A DNA stretch of 62,944 nucleotides, counting the filler, from Octopus bimaculoides (lineage: Eukaryota): assembly GCF_001194135.2 (NCBI RefSeq). It is 5 parts of 5 records of this genome, joined end to end, with 100 filler letters (N's around TTAATTAATTAA, not from the genome) between each part and the next. Parts side by side here need not be neighbours in the genome. Positions count along the whole stretch, not along the records: positions 1 to 29,401 come from NC_068993.1; positions 29,502 to 44,474 come from NW_026416654.1; 3 more parts are not named here. The stretch is one strand, 5' to 3'. Shown piece by piece: positions 25,931-39,327 of the stretch (position 1 is the stretch's first letter; every line of letters starts with the position of its first letter). The position numbers were made by a program, and so were the translations under genes. The notes below the pieces were generated by a model, which did no database searches, was not told where the DNA came from, and worked only from the letters and a program-made list of their open reading frames with translations.

Positions 25931-26879
25931 CCCTTCTCTCACACACGCATAACACACACACACTCGCGCACAAGTTTTCAGTTCTCTATCGAGCACTCTC
26001 TCTCTCCCTCTCTCTTTCTTTCTCTCATTAATCACTCTGATTAATTAACTAAATACCGATTGCTGATTGGTCAAGTAATCACATCCCTACATCAGGTATA
26101 ATTAACGATCTGCCTCGAGGTTAACTAGTTGTTCAAATGGCCGCCCGAATAGTTAGGGTTTGTTCTAAAGCAATGATCATCGTAACTGTCTTCAGAGAAT
26201 GATGGCAATCTTTAGGAATGGCGAGCAGAGGGAGGAGGAGGAGAGTATGGTGGGAAAGGAAGAGATATGATTGGCGTATGTAGGAACGAAGTGGTGGGGG
26301 AGGGTGTGAGGAGGCAGAATATGGTTGAAGTAAGTAAGTATGGAGAACGGGGAAACTAAGCAAGGCAGCTGGTGCAGAAATGGCTGGTGTGTGTCTATGT
26401 GGGGAGCAAGGTGGAATATGGTAGAAGAGTAACATCTAACAACAATAACACATTCTGCTCTAGGCACAAAGCCTGAAATTTTGAGGGGAGGGGATAGTCG
26501 ATTTCATTGACCCCAGTACTTGACGATATAATCGACTTAATCTGTTTGTTTGTCCCCTCTGTGTGTAGCCCCTTGTGGGCAGTAAAGAAATAAAATGGAA
26601 ACTAAAAGAAGCCTGTCGTATACATATATATATATATATGTGTGTGTGTGTATATGATTGTATGTCTGTGTTTGTCCTGCCCCCACCCGCCACTATTGCT
26701 TAACAACTGATGTTGGTGTGTTTACGTCCCCGTAACTTAGCGGTTCGGCAAAATAGACCGATAGAATAAGTACTGGGCTTATAAAGAATAAGTCCTTGGG
26801 GTCGATTTGTTCGACTAAAGGCGGTGCTACAGCACGGTCAATACAACCTGCATGAATTTCCTTTATATCATATCGTATC

Positions 26880-27110
26880 ATCAACGTTTCGTTACCGTTT
26901 TTCAGTTGAAATACGCTGCGTTTGTTTCAATTAATTTTGAGGATAACGAAATTAATAAAATAACACTTATCATTAACAAGCGGCTATTTGCAACATGAGT
27001 TAAGATGAAATTTTGGTGAAAGGTTTTAATTTATATCAATTTAAAGAGAAAGATTGTATGATAGGACTTGGGGGCGTCTCGGGCGAATTGGTATTAAATG
27101 GGTTTAAAAG
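26880..27110. mobile_element. AT-rich MITE-like repeat
   Basis: Ends resemble an imperfect inverted pair (..TTTCGTTACC.. / ..GGTATTAAATGGGTT..). Divergent similarity to 11795-12000. Confidence 0.45.
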
Positions 27111-27413
27111 AAAACACAAATGACGGTGAGATCCTGGTTGAAACAGATTTGATCAAACGATTCCTTAATCTAAGCTGATCCTGGGTGAAACGACGGAAAT
27201 AGAAAAAGAATAAGTAACACTTGCCAATGAAATTTGAAATCTATGTTCACAGCAACCTGTTAGAAATAGCTATAAATGATAACGGCTCGGTACATCTATA
27301 ATTATAGTTTATATTCGAGTCGGACTGACCTACGGACGAAACTGCAGCAGCAACGGTAGCAGCAGAAGCAATAAATGGAACAACAGCGATTCAAGATCGC
27401 TAAAACAACGGCA

Positions 27414-27728
27414 ATTGTTGGCACTCCGTCGCTTACGACGTCCAGGGTTCCAGTTGATCCGTGCAAGTGTTCTCGGGGATATTCAGCGTGACACAGTGTG
27501 ACAAGGCTGAGCCTTTGAATTACAGGCACAACAGAAACAGGAAGTAAGAGTGAGAGAAAGTTGTGGTGAAAGAGTACAGCAGGGTTCACCAACATCCCCT
27601 GCCGGAGCCTCGTGGAGCTTTAGGTGTTTTCGCTCAATAAACACTCAGAACGCCCGGTCTGGGAAGCGAAACTGCGATCCTATGACCGCGAGTCCGCTGC
27701 CCTAACCACTGGGCCATTGCGCCTCCAC
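27414..27728 (-). mobile_element. SINE family C (GTGGAGGCGCAATGGCCCAGTGGTTAGGGCAGCGGACTCGCGG head; GGATCAACTGGAACCCT...CGACGGAGTGCC tail)
   Basis: tRNA-like A/B boxes; near-identical to the copy at 37344-37629; carries an internal deletion before the tail. Confidence 0.9.
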
Positions 27729-28339
27729 ACAAGGCAATAACAACAGTCAAAAAGAAAAGGATCAAAAGGTTCTTTTCTAGCCATAGGATCATAAGGCCTG
27801 TGTCCCTCGTGAGGGGACGCCTGTCCGTCGCAGTATTACTCATTTTTGCTTGCTGAGTGACCTGGAGTTACGTGAAATTAAGTGATTTTTCTCGAAAACA
27901 CAAGCATCGCACTGACTAAAGTTCGAGACCACAATCTCACGATCATGAGCGCAACACCCTAACCACTAAGCCACGCGTCTCCGCATTTGCATGAACAGTA
28001 ACTCGTCATGTAACATCACAATCAACAATATGATCAAATGCGCATAATGGAACGGGCCTATACACGAAGGAAGCGGGGCGGATCAGAACAGATCAGAAGA
28101 TAATCTAGTGAAAAGACGAAATTTACAATAGAGGACAATATATTTAATTCTTTTAAAGTGAAGAAATCAGGAAGGCAACAATAGATCCTCTTCAATATTC
28201 TAAGCATCACCTGCGTAAGAATCTCTTCCATACACCACACCATCCATAGGCTGAAGCTGGTTATATTCAGCGGAGAGCAGAGAGTTGCAACGACTCACTG
28301 GCATAGCAAATATGATGATACATATATGCATATATATAC

Positions 28340-28870
<531 letters not shown>

Positions 28871-29266
28871 GTAGGCAGTTATATTCATAGATATATGTAT
28901 GCACATACACATATATGTTCATACATACACACACATATATATATACATGTGTGTGTCTGCACGCACGCGCGCATGTCTGGGCGTATACTGAAATTGGTGG
29001 GGGGAAAGGTAGAGAAGTGAAATGATTATATTGCATTAAGCTTGTCTTCAGAAAACAATATATTTAATTCTTTACCTGAGGAAATCAAAAATGTGACAAT
29101 GACTTCTATTAAATACTTCACCCCCACCCCCACCTTTAGCAACGTCTGTTAACTGCTCCACACATCACCTGGTATATGTCACATCTTACAGAAACCATCT
29201 TGTAATCTGTTTATGAGTGTGTATATATATGAGCGTACAGTATATAGATATTTGCGTGTGGCTAAA

Positions 29267-29333
<67 letters not shown>

Positions 29334-29339
29334 CATGTA

Positions 29340-29401
<62 letters not shown>

Positions 29402-29501
29402 NNNNNNNNNNNNNNNNNNNNNNNNNNNNNNNNNNNNNNNNNNNNTTAATTAATTAANNNNNNNNNNNNNNNNNNNNNNNNNNNNNNNNNNNNNNNNNNN
29501 N
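29402..29501. other. Artificial scaffold spacer N44-TTAATTAATTAA-N44 (also at 44475-44574, 51193-51292, 58657-58756)
   Basis: The identical 100-nt layout occurs four times. TTAATTAATTAA places stop codons in all six frames, a common assembly-join linker design. Confidence 0.95.
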
Positions 29502-29589
29502 ATATATACCACTGTGTGCGTGTAAATGTGACATATGACAATAACAACTACGAAAATATAAACAGGCAGAATTCAAACAAAATATAAAA

Positions 29590-29900
29590 GCATTATCATC
29601 AATAATAGTAATAATAATAATAATAATAATATCATTATTATTATCAATATTAATGAAAAACAGCAATAATTATTAAATGATTATTATTAAAAGAAAAATA
29701 TGAGATATCTACGTTGGCAATAACTACCACGATCACTACCACATCTCAAAATTACAAAATTTCTATGACAGGAGCGACCACAATAAGGATGAGGATAATT
29801 ATAATAGTAATAACAATAATAGTAATAACAATAATAGTAATAATAATAATAGTAATAATAATAATGAAGAAGAATAATGAAAATAGCAATAATAACTGTG

Positions 29901-29991
<91 letters not shown>

Positions 29992-30230
29992 AAATAATAA
30001 TAATAATGATAATAATAATAATAATAATAATATGACAGTATTAATAATAGTAATAATAATAATATTGATGATACTAACTATAATAGCAGTGTTGATAAAA
30101 GTAACAATATTTTATATTAATGATAATAATAAGCAATATTGATAAAACTAACAATAATAGCTGTGACGATAATAATAATGATAATATTGATGATGATAAT
30201 AATAATAATTATAATAATAATAATATCTAA
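29590..30230. repeat. (AAT)n/(GATAAT)n low-complexity tract
   Basis: Directly visible. Confidence 0.97.
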
Positions 30231-30511
30231 ATATTACGAATTAACTGTTGCCAAGCAACAGATATGAAAAGAGAAATAAAAAATTATGATGATTTTTAAA
30301 TAAGGATAATAAAAAGAGTAATGCTACTACTACTACTACTACTACTGCTGCCGCTGCTGCCGCTAGTGGTTGCAGGAATAATAACGTCGAATGATAAGTT
30401 GTTTTTTTTGTGTACGGAACGAAAATGACAAAATTTTGTTTAACAAAAAACGGAAGTCAGCATTATAATTATGTATAGAGAGAAATATATAAAAGAACTA
30501 GCAACAAGATA

Positions 30512-30555
<44 letters not shown>

Positions 30556-30718
30556 AGAGAGAGGACAGAGAGAGTGAAAGAGAGAGTGGGGAGAGAGGGA
30601 GACCGACAGAGTGTGATGAAAACATTTTACATGAATGGAAATTAAGAAATATATATACGTATATATATATACATAAATAAATATACACATATATACATAT
30701 AAACACATATATACACGT

Positions 30719-30774
<56 letters not shown>

Positions 30775-31260
30775 GCATATATAAACACATATATCCATAT
30801 ACACATATATATACGTACACATGCACACATATATATCTACATACATATACATATATACATACATATATATGTACATATAGATACATGTATACAAACACAC
30901 ACACACACATATATAAGAGAGAAGCGTATGTTTGTGTGTATGTATGTGTGTGTGTGAGAGAGAAACGAAGTCCATGCTTTGTGTTCAAACAGCTACAGAT
31001 ATTATAGACTATACTAATGTACAATCGTTATGTACGACTCAGCTTATAATGCATCTCTATATAACGCTACCATACATTTTCCTGAAGATTTACTGACACT
31101 TCACAAACAGTTGATTGAAGCCTATACAATTTCACTTTATTTTTCATCGTAAAATTATCACCCGCGCCCAATCGCGTTCTTACTTGAAATGCCGACAAAC
31201 ATAAATTTGATTTTGAACGTTCATTCTACAAGTATTTCACTTTAAAAGTTATCTCTACAG

Positions 31261-31306
31261 ATTTTATAAAGAAATTAGATCCCGAATTGAAAATTACGAC
31301 GTCTAA
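31261..31306 (+). CDS. Candidate 46-nt exon (FIKKLDPELKITTS, or terminal FYKEIRSRIENYDV*)
   Basis: TTATCTCTACAG acceptor and AA|GTAAGC donor; two frames are open; it lies in non-repetitive sequence. Confidence 0.22.
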
Positions 31307-32289
31307 GTAAGCAATTCGAGCGAAGATAAAAAAAAAACAACGGGTATTGCATGTAGATGCATGTTTCAGGAATTATTGCCTTTTCCTCAGTACCATATCC
31401 AACCTATTAACTTCCCACGAACACATTGCTTCAGTAGTCACCAATTTCATATGCATGGTAGTATATAATGCTTGCATTACGGAATACGGTATGCTTCCCA
31501 GCAAATTATACCTACAAGAATTGGGAGAGGGGAGAAAGCTAGCGGTTGATAGTGTAAAATACCAGTTAACTACTGCGTATCTTGGTGTATTCGGCAATCA
31601 TTTTGCTCTTCCACTCGCTGAAAAATAGTGTGTGTGGGTTGTACGAGTGCTTGTGCGTAAATGCGATTTTCTGCATATGAGTTATACCAGTAAATGCTGC
31701 TTCTACGACTACCATTACTACTTCTTTTACAAAAATACTCATGCTACCGCTGAGGCTGCTGCTGCTACTAAAAATTATTTTACATCCAGCCACCCTCATT
31801 GTGCTTGCCGTCATCATCATCATCATTATTATTATCATCGTATTCATAAGCTGCCAGTATCGCGAGAGTTCGATCTCCCGCCAACACCCTTCGCGCCATC
31901 TTCTTGACGATGTCACTCATTCATTATACAGTGTCCATTTTTTTGTCATCACCACCCACCCACCCAATACACATACAAACGCACATGTAGACATATACGT
32001 TCAAAAATATGTGTATGAGCTTGTGTGTGTGTATATACATATCCACACACACATATACGTGCGCGTGACGGAATTCTGCTCCCTCATGTAAACAACTACC
32101 TTCCTCATCTCTCTCCTCTTCGTCGACTTAAATATCTGCTCCCTATTACAGTGATAACACACACACATATATACACTCACAAATGCATATTATATATACA
32201 TGCATACATACATACCTACATACATACATAGTAACAACGGTATATTATATATAAATGTGTGTGTGTGCATACATATGTATAGATGTACG

Positions 32290-32342
<53 letters not shown>

Positions 32343-33798
32343 TTGAATATATGCACACAGGTATATATTACATATATACGATGGTTGATAACGATTACGG
32401 TAGCCAATAAAATCTCGCGTAAGATTTGAACACCACGAAATATATTTCTGAAAGAATTGGACAAAGCCTAAAAAAAAAAAAAAACAAATAAAAAAAAACA
32501 GCTTGAAAATATGAAAGCAAAAACGTGTCAATGAAATGGGAATTACAGAGATGGACGATCACGTGACGATGACGTAAACAACAGAAAGAGCAACCACAGC
32601 GCAAATAACTAACAGTTAATTCAATGCTGCTGCTGCGACTACTGCCACTACTAATGGTATTAGTAACTTGTGTTACATTTAAGATCTGTGCNNNNNNNNN
32701 NATATATACACACACATACTTTTATATACACGAACATGTAAAGCGTTACACACGTATATATCTCATAAATAGCTACGGAACAACAAAGGCTTTGTGAAAA
32801 CTCACATAAATAGTGCAGAGTGAATTAACATCATATGAATTATATATATCTGAATTGAAAATCTCACCAGTTCTATATCAAACAAGAATAACTCTACCAA
32901 CGAGAACTTTGTTAAACAATAAAAGAACTATAACGACAGGAGAAAGTCACACATGCACCCAAAGTCAAGTTTTTTTTTTTTTGACAACAAATATATTGAA
33001 TGGAATGGAGAGAGAGAAAAGAAGAAAAAAACATTTATTTCCCCTATTGCCCCAAACCCTGAAACGAAGAACAGAGGATTGTGAAAAAAAAAAATTTGAA
33101 AAATGAATAAAAAAAAAACGTGGCAAAAAATATATCTGAATGATTGATAAAAATTATTGGAAAACGAAAATTCTATTGGAGAAAAATTAATTAAAAAAAA
33201 AAGACAAAACACGAACGAATCAAAAAATATATATACAACAAAATAAAAAAATAAAAATGCAAAATAATGGATGATGATATTAATATGAAAAAATCGAAAA
33301 AACTGAGACAAAACAAAAATTATTTCAGTATAATATTAATAATGATTTAATAATAATGATAAAATTAATAAACGTCATGATAAAATACATTAACTTTACT
33401 GATAATGGCTAAAATGATGATAATTAAAAATAATAAAAATGATAATGTTGGTGAGGTTACTAAGAGACGATAATGTGCAAAAAGAAAAATAACATTAACA
33501 AAACAAAATTATAATTATAACATTGATAATAGTATTATTATTAATACTAATAACAATATTATTATTATTAATGATAATATTTATTATTATATTTATAATT
33601 ATAATTTAAATGAATATTAATAATATTATTGATTGTATTTATCATTATCAGACATGGATCAAAAGAATTATGTAACATAGAGGAGATTACATAAAATAAA
33701 GTAAGTTTGAACACAGTTATTGCCCCTTGTAATTATTTATGAGCGTGTCGTCTGCTTTGTTTCGATTTGTGTCGTCTGCTTCGTTTCTTTTTTACTAG

Positions 33799-34240
33799 GT
33801 TCCTCATGAAGATAATATGGACGCCGCGCGGGCTCGAAAGATGGACCGTTATGTAAACCTCCTCGAGAAATGTGAAGACGCAGGCTGGAAAGTGGAGCAT
33901 TTTCCAATCAAAGTTGTATGTAGAGGGTTTGTAGGACACAGTGTGAGACGACTGCTGCTATCGTTAGGCCTAACTCATCGTAAGGTAAATACCGCCTTGA
34001 CCGATATCTAAAATACAGTGGAGAAGGCTAGCCACTGGATCTGGTTAAAAAGAGACGATGAGCGATGGCTAGAGAAATATTCAGCTTTGTTTTTAATAAC
34101 CAGTTGATGTAGCAAGCGGGCCCTCATATCAGTGAGGGGGGGGGACGGTGCGCATTGATGCCGTCGAGAGGTAGGCCCCGAAACGGCGCGCATTCTCTCC
34201 TGATGACCCCATACACTTGCTGGCTTCCGGTATGCGGAAT
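33799..34240 (+). mobile_element. 5'-truncated REL non-LTR retrotransposon end (HERO/NeSL-like) with 3' UTR
   Basis: VPHEDNMDAARARKMDRY...AGWKVEHFPIKVVCRGFV...*NTVEKASHWIWLKR matches the E..RK..KY / P.EVGCRGF / AE.AS.W.WLKR REL C-terminus. There is an in-frame stop at 34009. Confidence 0.8.
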
Positions 34241-34349
34241 TCTTGACTGGTAGCACTTGCATGTGCGAGTTGTTTGCAAGACATTTCAGCTCATGAGTTT
34301 CGGACATACTGAGGACACTGTCGTTAGATTCGCTACAATTTGACTACTT

Positions 34350-34690
34350 CAAAACCTCCTTCGATGAGTAGCATTCGGTGAATGAGGTAGTTTGATCCTG
34401 CTGCCCTCATCTGAATCACTTGTCACGAGGTAGGTTCATCCGGGACTCACGACAGGAAGAAATCCAGTTCTCTTTTGAAGAACACTAACATCCACCCTAT
34501 GTAACTCTCTCTAGCTTTTTAGAAGGATACTGAAAATCTGTGGTCTTTTAAAACCCAAGTTGTTCCAATATATGGCCCTATATCCTGACGGCAATGCTGG
34601 GATTTTTGGCTCTATGTCGTGAAGCCCCGCTCCGCTATTTAACTTCTAATGCCAATATTTCGTACAAGTTCTTGGATTTCCCGAACGTAC
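34350..34690 (-). mobile_element. 3' fragment of a CR1/L2-group LINE
   Basis: Minus-strand FKRELDFFLS*VPDEP (34432-34479) and RAAGSNYLIH resemble the conserved CR1-group ORF2 terminus (FK..LD..L..vPDeP). Confidence 0.65.
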
Positions 34691-35139
34691 AGTGGTTTGG
34701 GCAGCGGACTCGTGGTCATAGGATCGCAGTTTCGATTCCCAAAGCACTGGTACTGTTCATAGTTTAATCAGTAAGCAAAGGAGCGAGGTAAATGCAGTGA
34801 AATTAGGGTGGGGGTCAGTGGGACCCCATTTAAGCGGCTTTTCAGAAATTGAACCGCCTTACAATACTCCCTGGGAGTTCATGGTATGAAATTTATTGTC
34901 ATTGTTCCAATTTGGTCGCCAATACCGTGTATGTGGTTTAACATGCAGTAAAAATTAAGGCGGGGACAGTGGGACCCTAATTAGGTGACCCTTAAAAAAA
35001 TAGACTTCCTTAGGGCATTCCCTGCGATCGGAGGAGTTGCTGGTGTGAGTTTCGTTGCCCTTGCACCAACGGTCTGGGAGGAATTGACGAACATAAAAAC
35101 GTAAGGGACAGAAACTTCACTCAAATTTATATTCTTTTG

Positions 35140-35445
35140 TACTCTAGGCACAAGGCCCGAAATCTTGAGGGGAGGGGGGCCAGTCGATTAGATCGACCCC
35201 AGTACGCAAATGGTATTTAATTTATCGACTCCGAAAAGATGAAAGGTAAAGTCGACCTCAGCGGAATTTGAACTCAGAACGTAACGACAGACGAAATACC
35301 GTGCTTACGTTTCTTATTTCTTTATTGCTCACAAGGGGCTACACACAGAGGGGACAGACAAGGACAGACAAAAGGATTAAGTCGATTATATCGACCCCGA
35401 AAGGATGAAAGGCAAAGTCGACCTCGGCGGAATTTGAACTCAGAA
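35140..35445 (-). mobile_element. Two adjacent SINE family B copies
   Basis: GATGAAAGG(T/C)AAAGTCGACCTC(A/G)GCGGAATTTGAACTCAGAAC occurs twice; tail GCTCACAAGGGGCTACACACAGAGGGGACA. Confidence 0.9.
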
Positions 35446-35603
35446 CTTTTTTATTTTTTAATTTTGACGATTTTCGTTTTCGATAATGTGTTCTATATGT
35501 CACGGTCATGCCACTCCCCCTAAAAAAAATTTTGGACTTCACCACCACCCCNNNNNNNNNNAAAGTCGACCTCAGCGGAATTTGAACTCAGAACTTTTTT
35601 ATT

Positions 35604-35933
35604 TTTTAATTTTGACGATTTTCGTTTTCGATAATGTGTTCTATATGTCACGGTCATGCCACTCCCCCTAAAAAAAATTTTGGACTTCACCACCACCCCT
35701 CCCCCACATACGGGTGGGAGGTTATTTTTTTGACGATTTTCATTTTTGACATTGTTTTCTACATGTTCAGGTCGTACGAATAGCCTTCTCGCAACTTGAA
35801 AATGAAAATGAACGGCTTACATTTATATTGAAACAAAAAGGATCATAACTGGAGTACAAATTTTTTTAGGTGGAATCGCATGACCGTGACATATAGGACA
35901 CATTATCGAAAACGAAAATCGCCAAAATTAAAA
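35604..35933. mobile_element. Foldback/MITE-like element with 56-bp inverted repeats
   Basis: 35604-35659 is the reverse complement of 35878-35933 with 2 mismatches. Confidence 0.75.
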
Positions 35934-37343
35934 AGTTACAGCCATTTCCCCTCAGTGTCTAATTCCAATGTCCACCTAATACTTTAACACGCGTTACCTG
36001 AACGAGGAATATTCGTCAAAGACCGGTAGGTGAAAATTTCTTTCTCTCTTGTATATTTTTTAAACCTTTTATTTGTTCAAATTTGTAACAAGGTCTTCCA
36101 CTGAAACCCCAAATAAACAATTGGTCGGATCGAATCCACCCATAAGCAAATACATACAACATACCAATGTGTGCTAGCATATAGAGGGTGGTCCTTAATT
36201 CGACAGAAGCGGGCTGGACAGTAACAATTTCTTAAGAGACACAAAGGCAAATGCATATAAAATAAGGGGGAAAGACACCCGTTAGTGATGAATTTAATAA
36301 AAAAGTTACAGCCATTTTCCCTCAGTGTCTAATTCCAATGTCCACCAAGTAATAATTTCCGTTCCCCCGTCAGAGTATCAAAATGTCTCCTTTAAAATAC
36401 CATTATGCAAAACGATAAAGAACTCTCTGGAACATGTATAAATCTCCATTTCTTCTCTTTCTCTAGCGAAACGCAAAACCTATCATAATATTCTATCCTT
36501 AAAAATATATATATTGTGTGCATTTTCGTTATTTGGTTATATGTTTTTCACTGCAGTTCATCATGTAGCTCTCCTTCCAAAACGCTAGGTTCTTCTAGGT
36601 CACTTCCATTGTTTACAGGAAGGGACCTAGATCGTTAAAACGGAGTGCGCATGTACTGCAGAGTTTAACGTCAATCTGTGCCAAGCGGCTTCACTCTGTG
36701 TTTTGGCCTCGTTACTAGAGCAACAAGTCAGAATAATTCTTGAAAAAACTGTTTTTAAACAACAGTTTAAACTCTGAGTAACAATTTCTTTATTGTCTGT
36801 AAAAGACAAACATAGAGGGGACAATCATGGACAGCACAACATTTAGCGTTTGTTACAATGAAACGTGTTTTAAACATTCCTATAAATATAAAAATATAAT
36901 AAAATGGAAAAATTCGAGAAATTTGAATCACTTTTTGTTATAAATCGATACAGGGTTCCAATCAACCCGCCGGCTATTTTCACACTTTTTTCTTGTTTTT
37001 TTTTCCTTTTTTTCCCAGAACTGGCTACACCAGCTCGACACCTTCCATACGCATCATTCTTATTACAGGCATCCATCTTTTCCGAAACAAACTCTGAGTA
37101 ACAGTTTTTGTGATATTCTTGCTGCTGTTTGATAAAGCATATTACTCTACCTCTGGTAGTCGAGTACTATTTTTTCCACCTTGTTTCGCATTTACATGCT
37201 TACTCCTGTATAAATATATATTTCTTAGAGATGCCGTGTTTAGTCAAAACTAAATTTATGAGAATGTAACTCTTTATTTAATACGGAGATCTTATATCAA
37301 GAAGTGTTNNNNNNNNNNNNNNNNNNNNNNNNNNNNNNNNNNN

Positions 37344-37629
37344 CCACAGACACGTGTACCCTTAACGTAGTTCTCGGGGAGATTCAGCGTGACACAGTGT
37401 GACAAGGCTGACCCTTTGAATTACAGGCACAACAGAAACAGGAAGTAAGAGTGAGAGAAAGTTGTGGTGAAAGAGTACAGCAGGGTTCGCCAGCATCCCC
37501 TGCCGGAGCTTCGTGGAGCTTTAGGTGTTTTCGCTCAATAAACACTCACAACGCCCGGTCTGGGAATCGAAACCGCGATCCTATGACCGCGAGTCCGCTG
37601 CCCTAACCACTGGGCCATTGCGCCTCCAC
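37344..37629 (-). mobile_element. SINE family C copy
   Basis: Near-identical to 27414-27728. Confidence 0.92.
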
Positions 37630-38449
37630 AATGAACGTGATGTGCATACCCTTGACGTAGTTCTGATGGAGGTTCCACGTGTCACAGGATGTGACAAGGT
37701 TGGCCCCTTCTGAATTACACGTACAACGCACTTTTTTCCGAGCTGAGTGGACTGGAACACTGCGAAAAAACAGGTCATCCGTCGGATCAACTGGAACCCT
37801 CGACGGCGTAAGCGACGGAGTGCCAACAACAACAGCAACAACAACATCACGTTCATTTCACAAGCAAGCTGTTCCGTTGGTCGGATCGACTACAACGCAC
37901 TTAGGCCCAACCGACGGAGCACCTGTCGTCGCCGTTGCTGGGGGATTAACGCTGCGATCAACATTATGACGGCAGCAGATTCTGCGTCAGCGGTGCAAAG
38001 TGAGGCACCGCTCACGAGGCGCTAACTTTGAAAGTATATGCAAAATAGACCGATAAAATTCTGTTTGAACTACAAAATATTTTTACTGTACATCAAGTAT
38101 TTTTTTTTTTTAGTTTTCAATTCTATTTTATCTATTTTTTTTATTTATTTATTTATTCCTTGTTTGCTTAAAAAAATTTTATTTTCTGTCTCTTTCACTC
38201 TGAAACTCTTCTTTGTTGTTCAAAAGTATTTCCTCTCGACCCCCCCCTTATCTCTCGCCACCCCCGCAACGTTACACTCTTTCTGGTGCATCATACATAC
38301 ACATGTTTGTGTGTGTGTGAATGTATGTGCATTGTGAGTGTATAGTATGGATATATATATGCATTCATATATGTACATAGCTATATATGCATACATCCAT
38401 AATGGATACACACACGCACTCACACACACACTGAGAAAACACATATATA

Positions 38450-38630
38450 TAGGCCTTCAATTTCAGGGCAGGCAGGTAAGTGGATTGCATCGGTCCCAAA
38501 GCCCAGCTGGTACATCTTTTATGTAAGGCAAAGTCGACCTCGGCGGAATTTGAGCTCAGAGCGTAAAGACGGACGAAATGCCACTGCGCATTTAGTCTGG
38601 CGTGCTAACGACTCTGCCAGCTCGCAACCC
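38450..38630 (-). mobile_element. SINE family B copy
   Basis: GGCAAAGTCGACCTCGGCGGAATTTGAGCTCAGAGCGTAAAG...CTCTGCCAGCTCG. Confidence 0.85.
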
Positions 38631-38825
38631 TTACATTTTATTGACAGTTTTTCAGTGTTTTCCTTCATTTCATCGTTCTAAATCCCGAAGAATATCCTTT
38701 TTATTTTCTAACATCCACTGCATAGACTACCAAATCACCGAAAAGATGCACCAAATGGGGAAAAAAAAACATTTCGCTGTTTACAATGACCGTTTTATGT
38801 TACATAAACTGCATAAAGCAACACA

Positions 38826-38860
<35 letters not shown>

Positions 38861-38903
38861 AAATATTCAAAGATAAACATACAAGTACAAACACGCATGT
38901 GCT

Positions 38904-38953
<50 letters not shown>

Positions 38954-39021
38954 TATATAAACGTATATCTCTATATATAAGATATATATACACACATATA
39001 TATATATACATCTATATATAT

Positions 39022-39054
<33 letters not shown>

Positions 39055-39327
39055 CTTACATATATATATATTTATATGTATAGATTTTGTAAAAATCCGC
39101 ACCATTTGTCAATAAAAAGCATGCAAAGCCGCCATATTTATTGACATTATTAGTTCTTCATTATAATATTTTTTTTCATCCAAATTTAAAAAGAACACAG
39201 ATTGTTGTATAATGCACATATAAATAAGATGAAAGGGTGAATTTTCACTATGGGTGCGTCGTAAAAATTGGTAACAACGAAATATGAACAATATGCCATT
39301 GTGTTTTATGTAACGCTGATTGTTCAA

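Noticed and set aside
29446-29457. Recurring palindrome TTAATTAATTAA (4 sites) as a biological motif
   Set aside because: It is always flanked by exactly 44 N on each side, so it is an artificial six-frame-stop assembly linker.
34180-34206. GAAA...CTGATGA in the HERO-like 3' UTR as a type II hammerhead
   Set aside because: Helix II cannot form (CCCC on both sides, no G10.1), and helices I and III do not pair.
35414-35699. 138-bp tandem duplication (also a short one at about 46826-46858 / 46917-46945)
   Set aside because: The copies flank small N gaps, which is typical of unmerged contig overlaps or haplotype artefacts.
38466-38482. Strong donor CAG|GTAAGT
   Set aside because: It is part of the reversed family B SINE tail. 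The GGTAAGT sites at 7236 and 45183 are likewise SINE heads.
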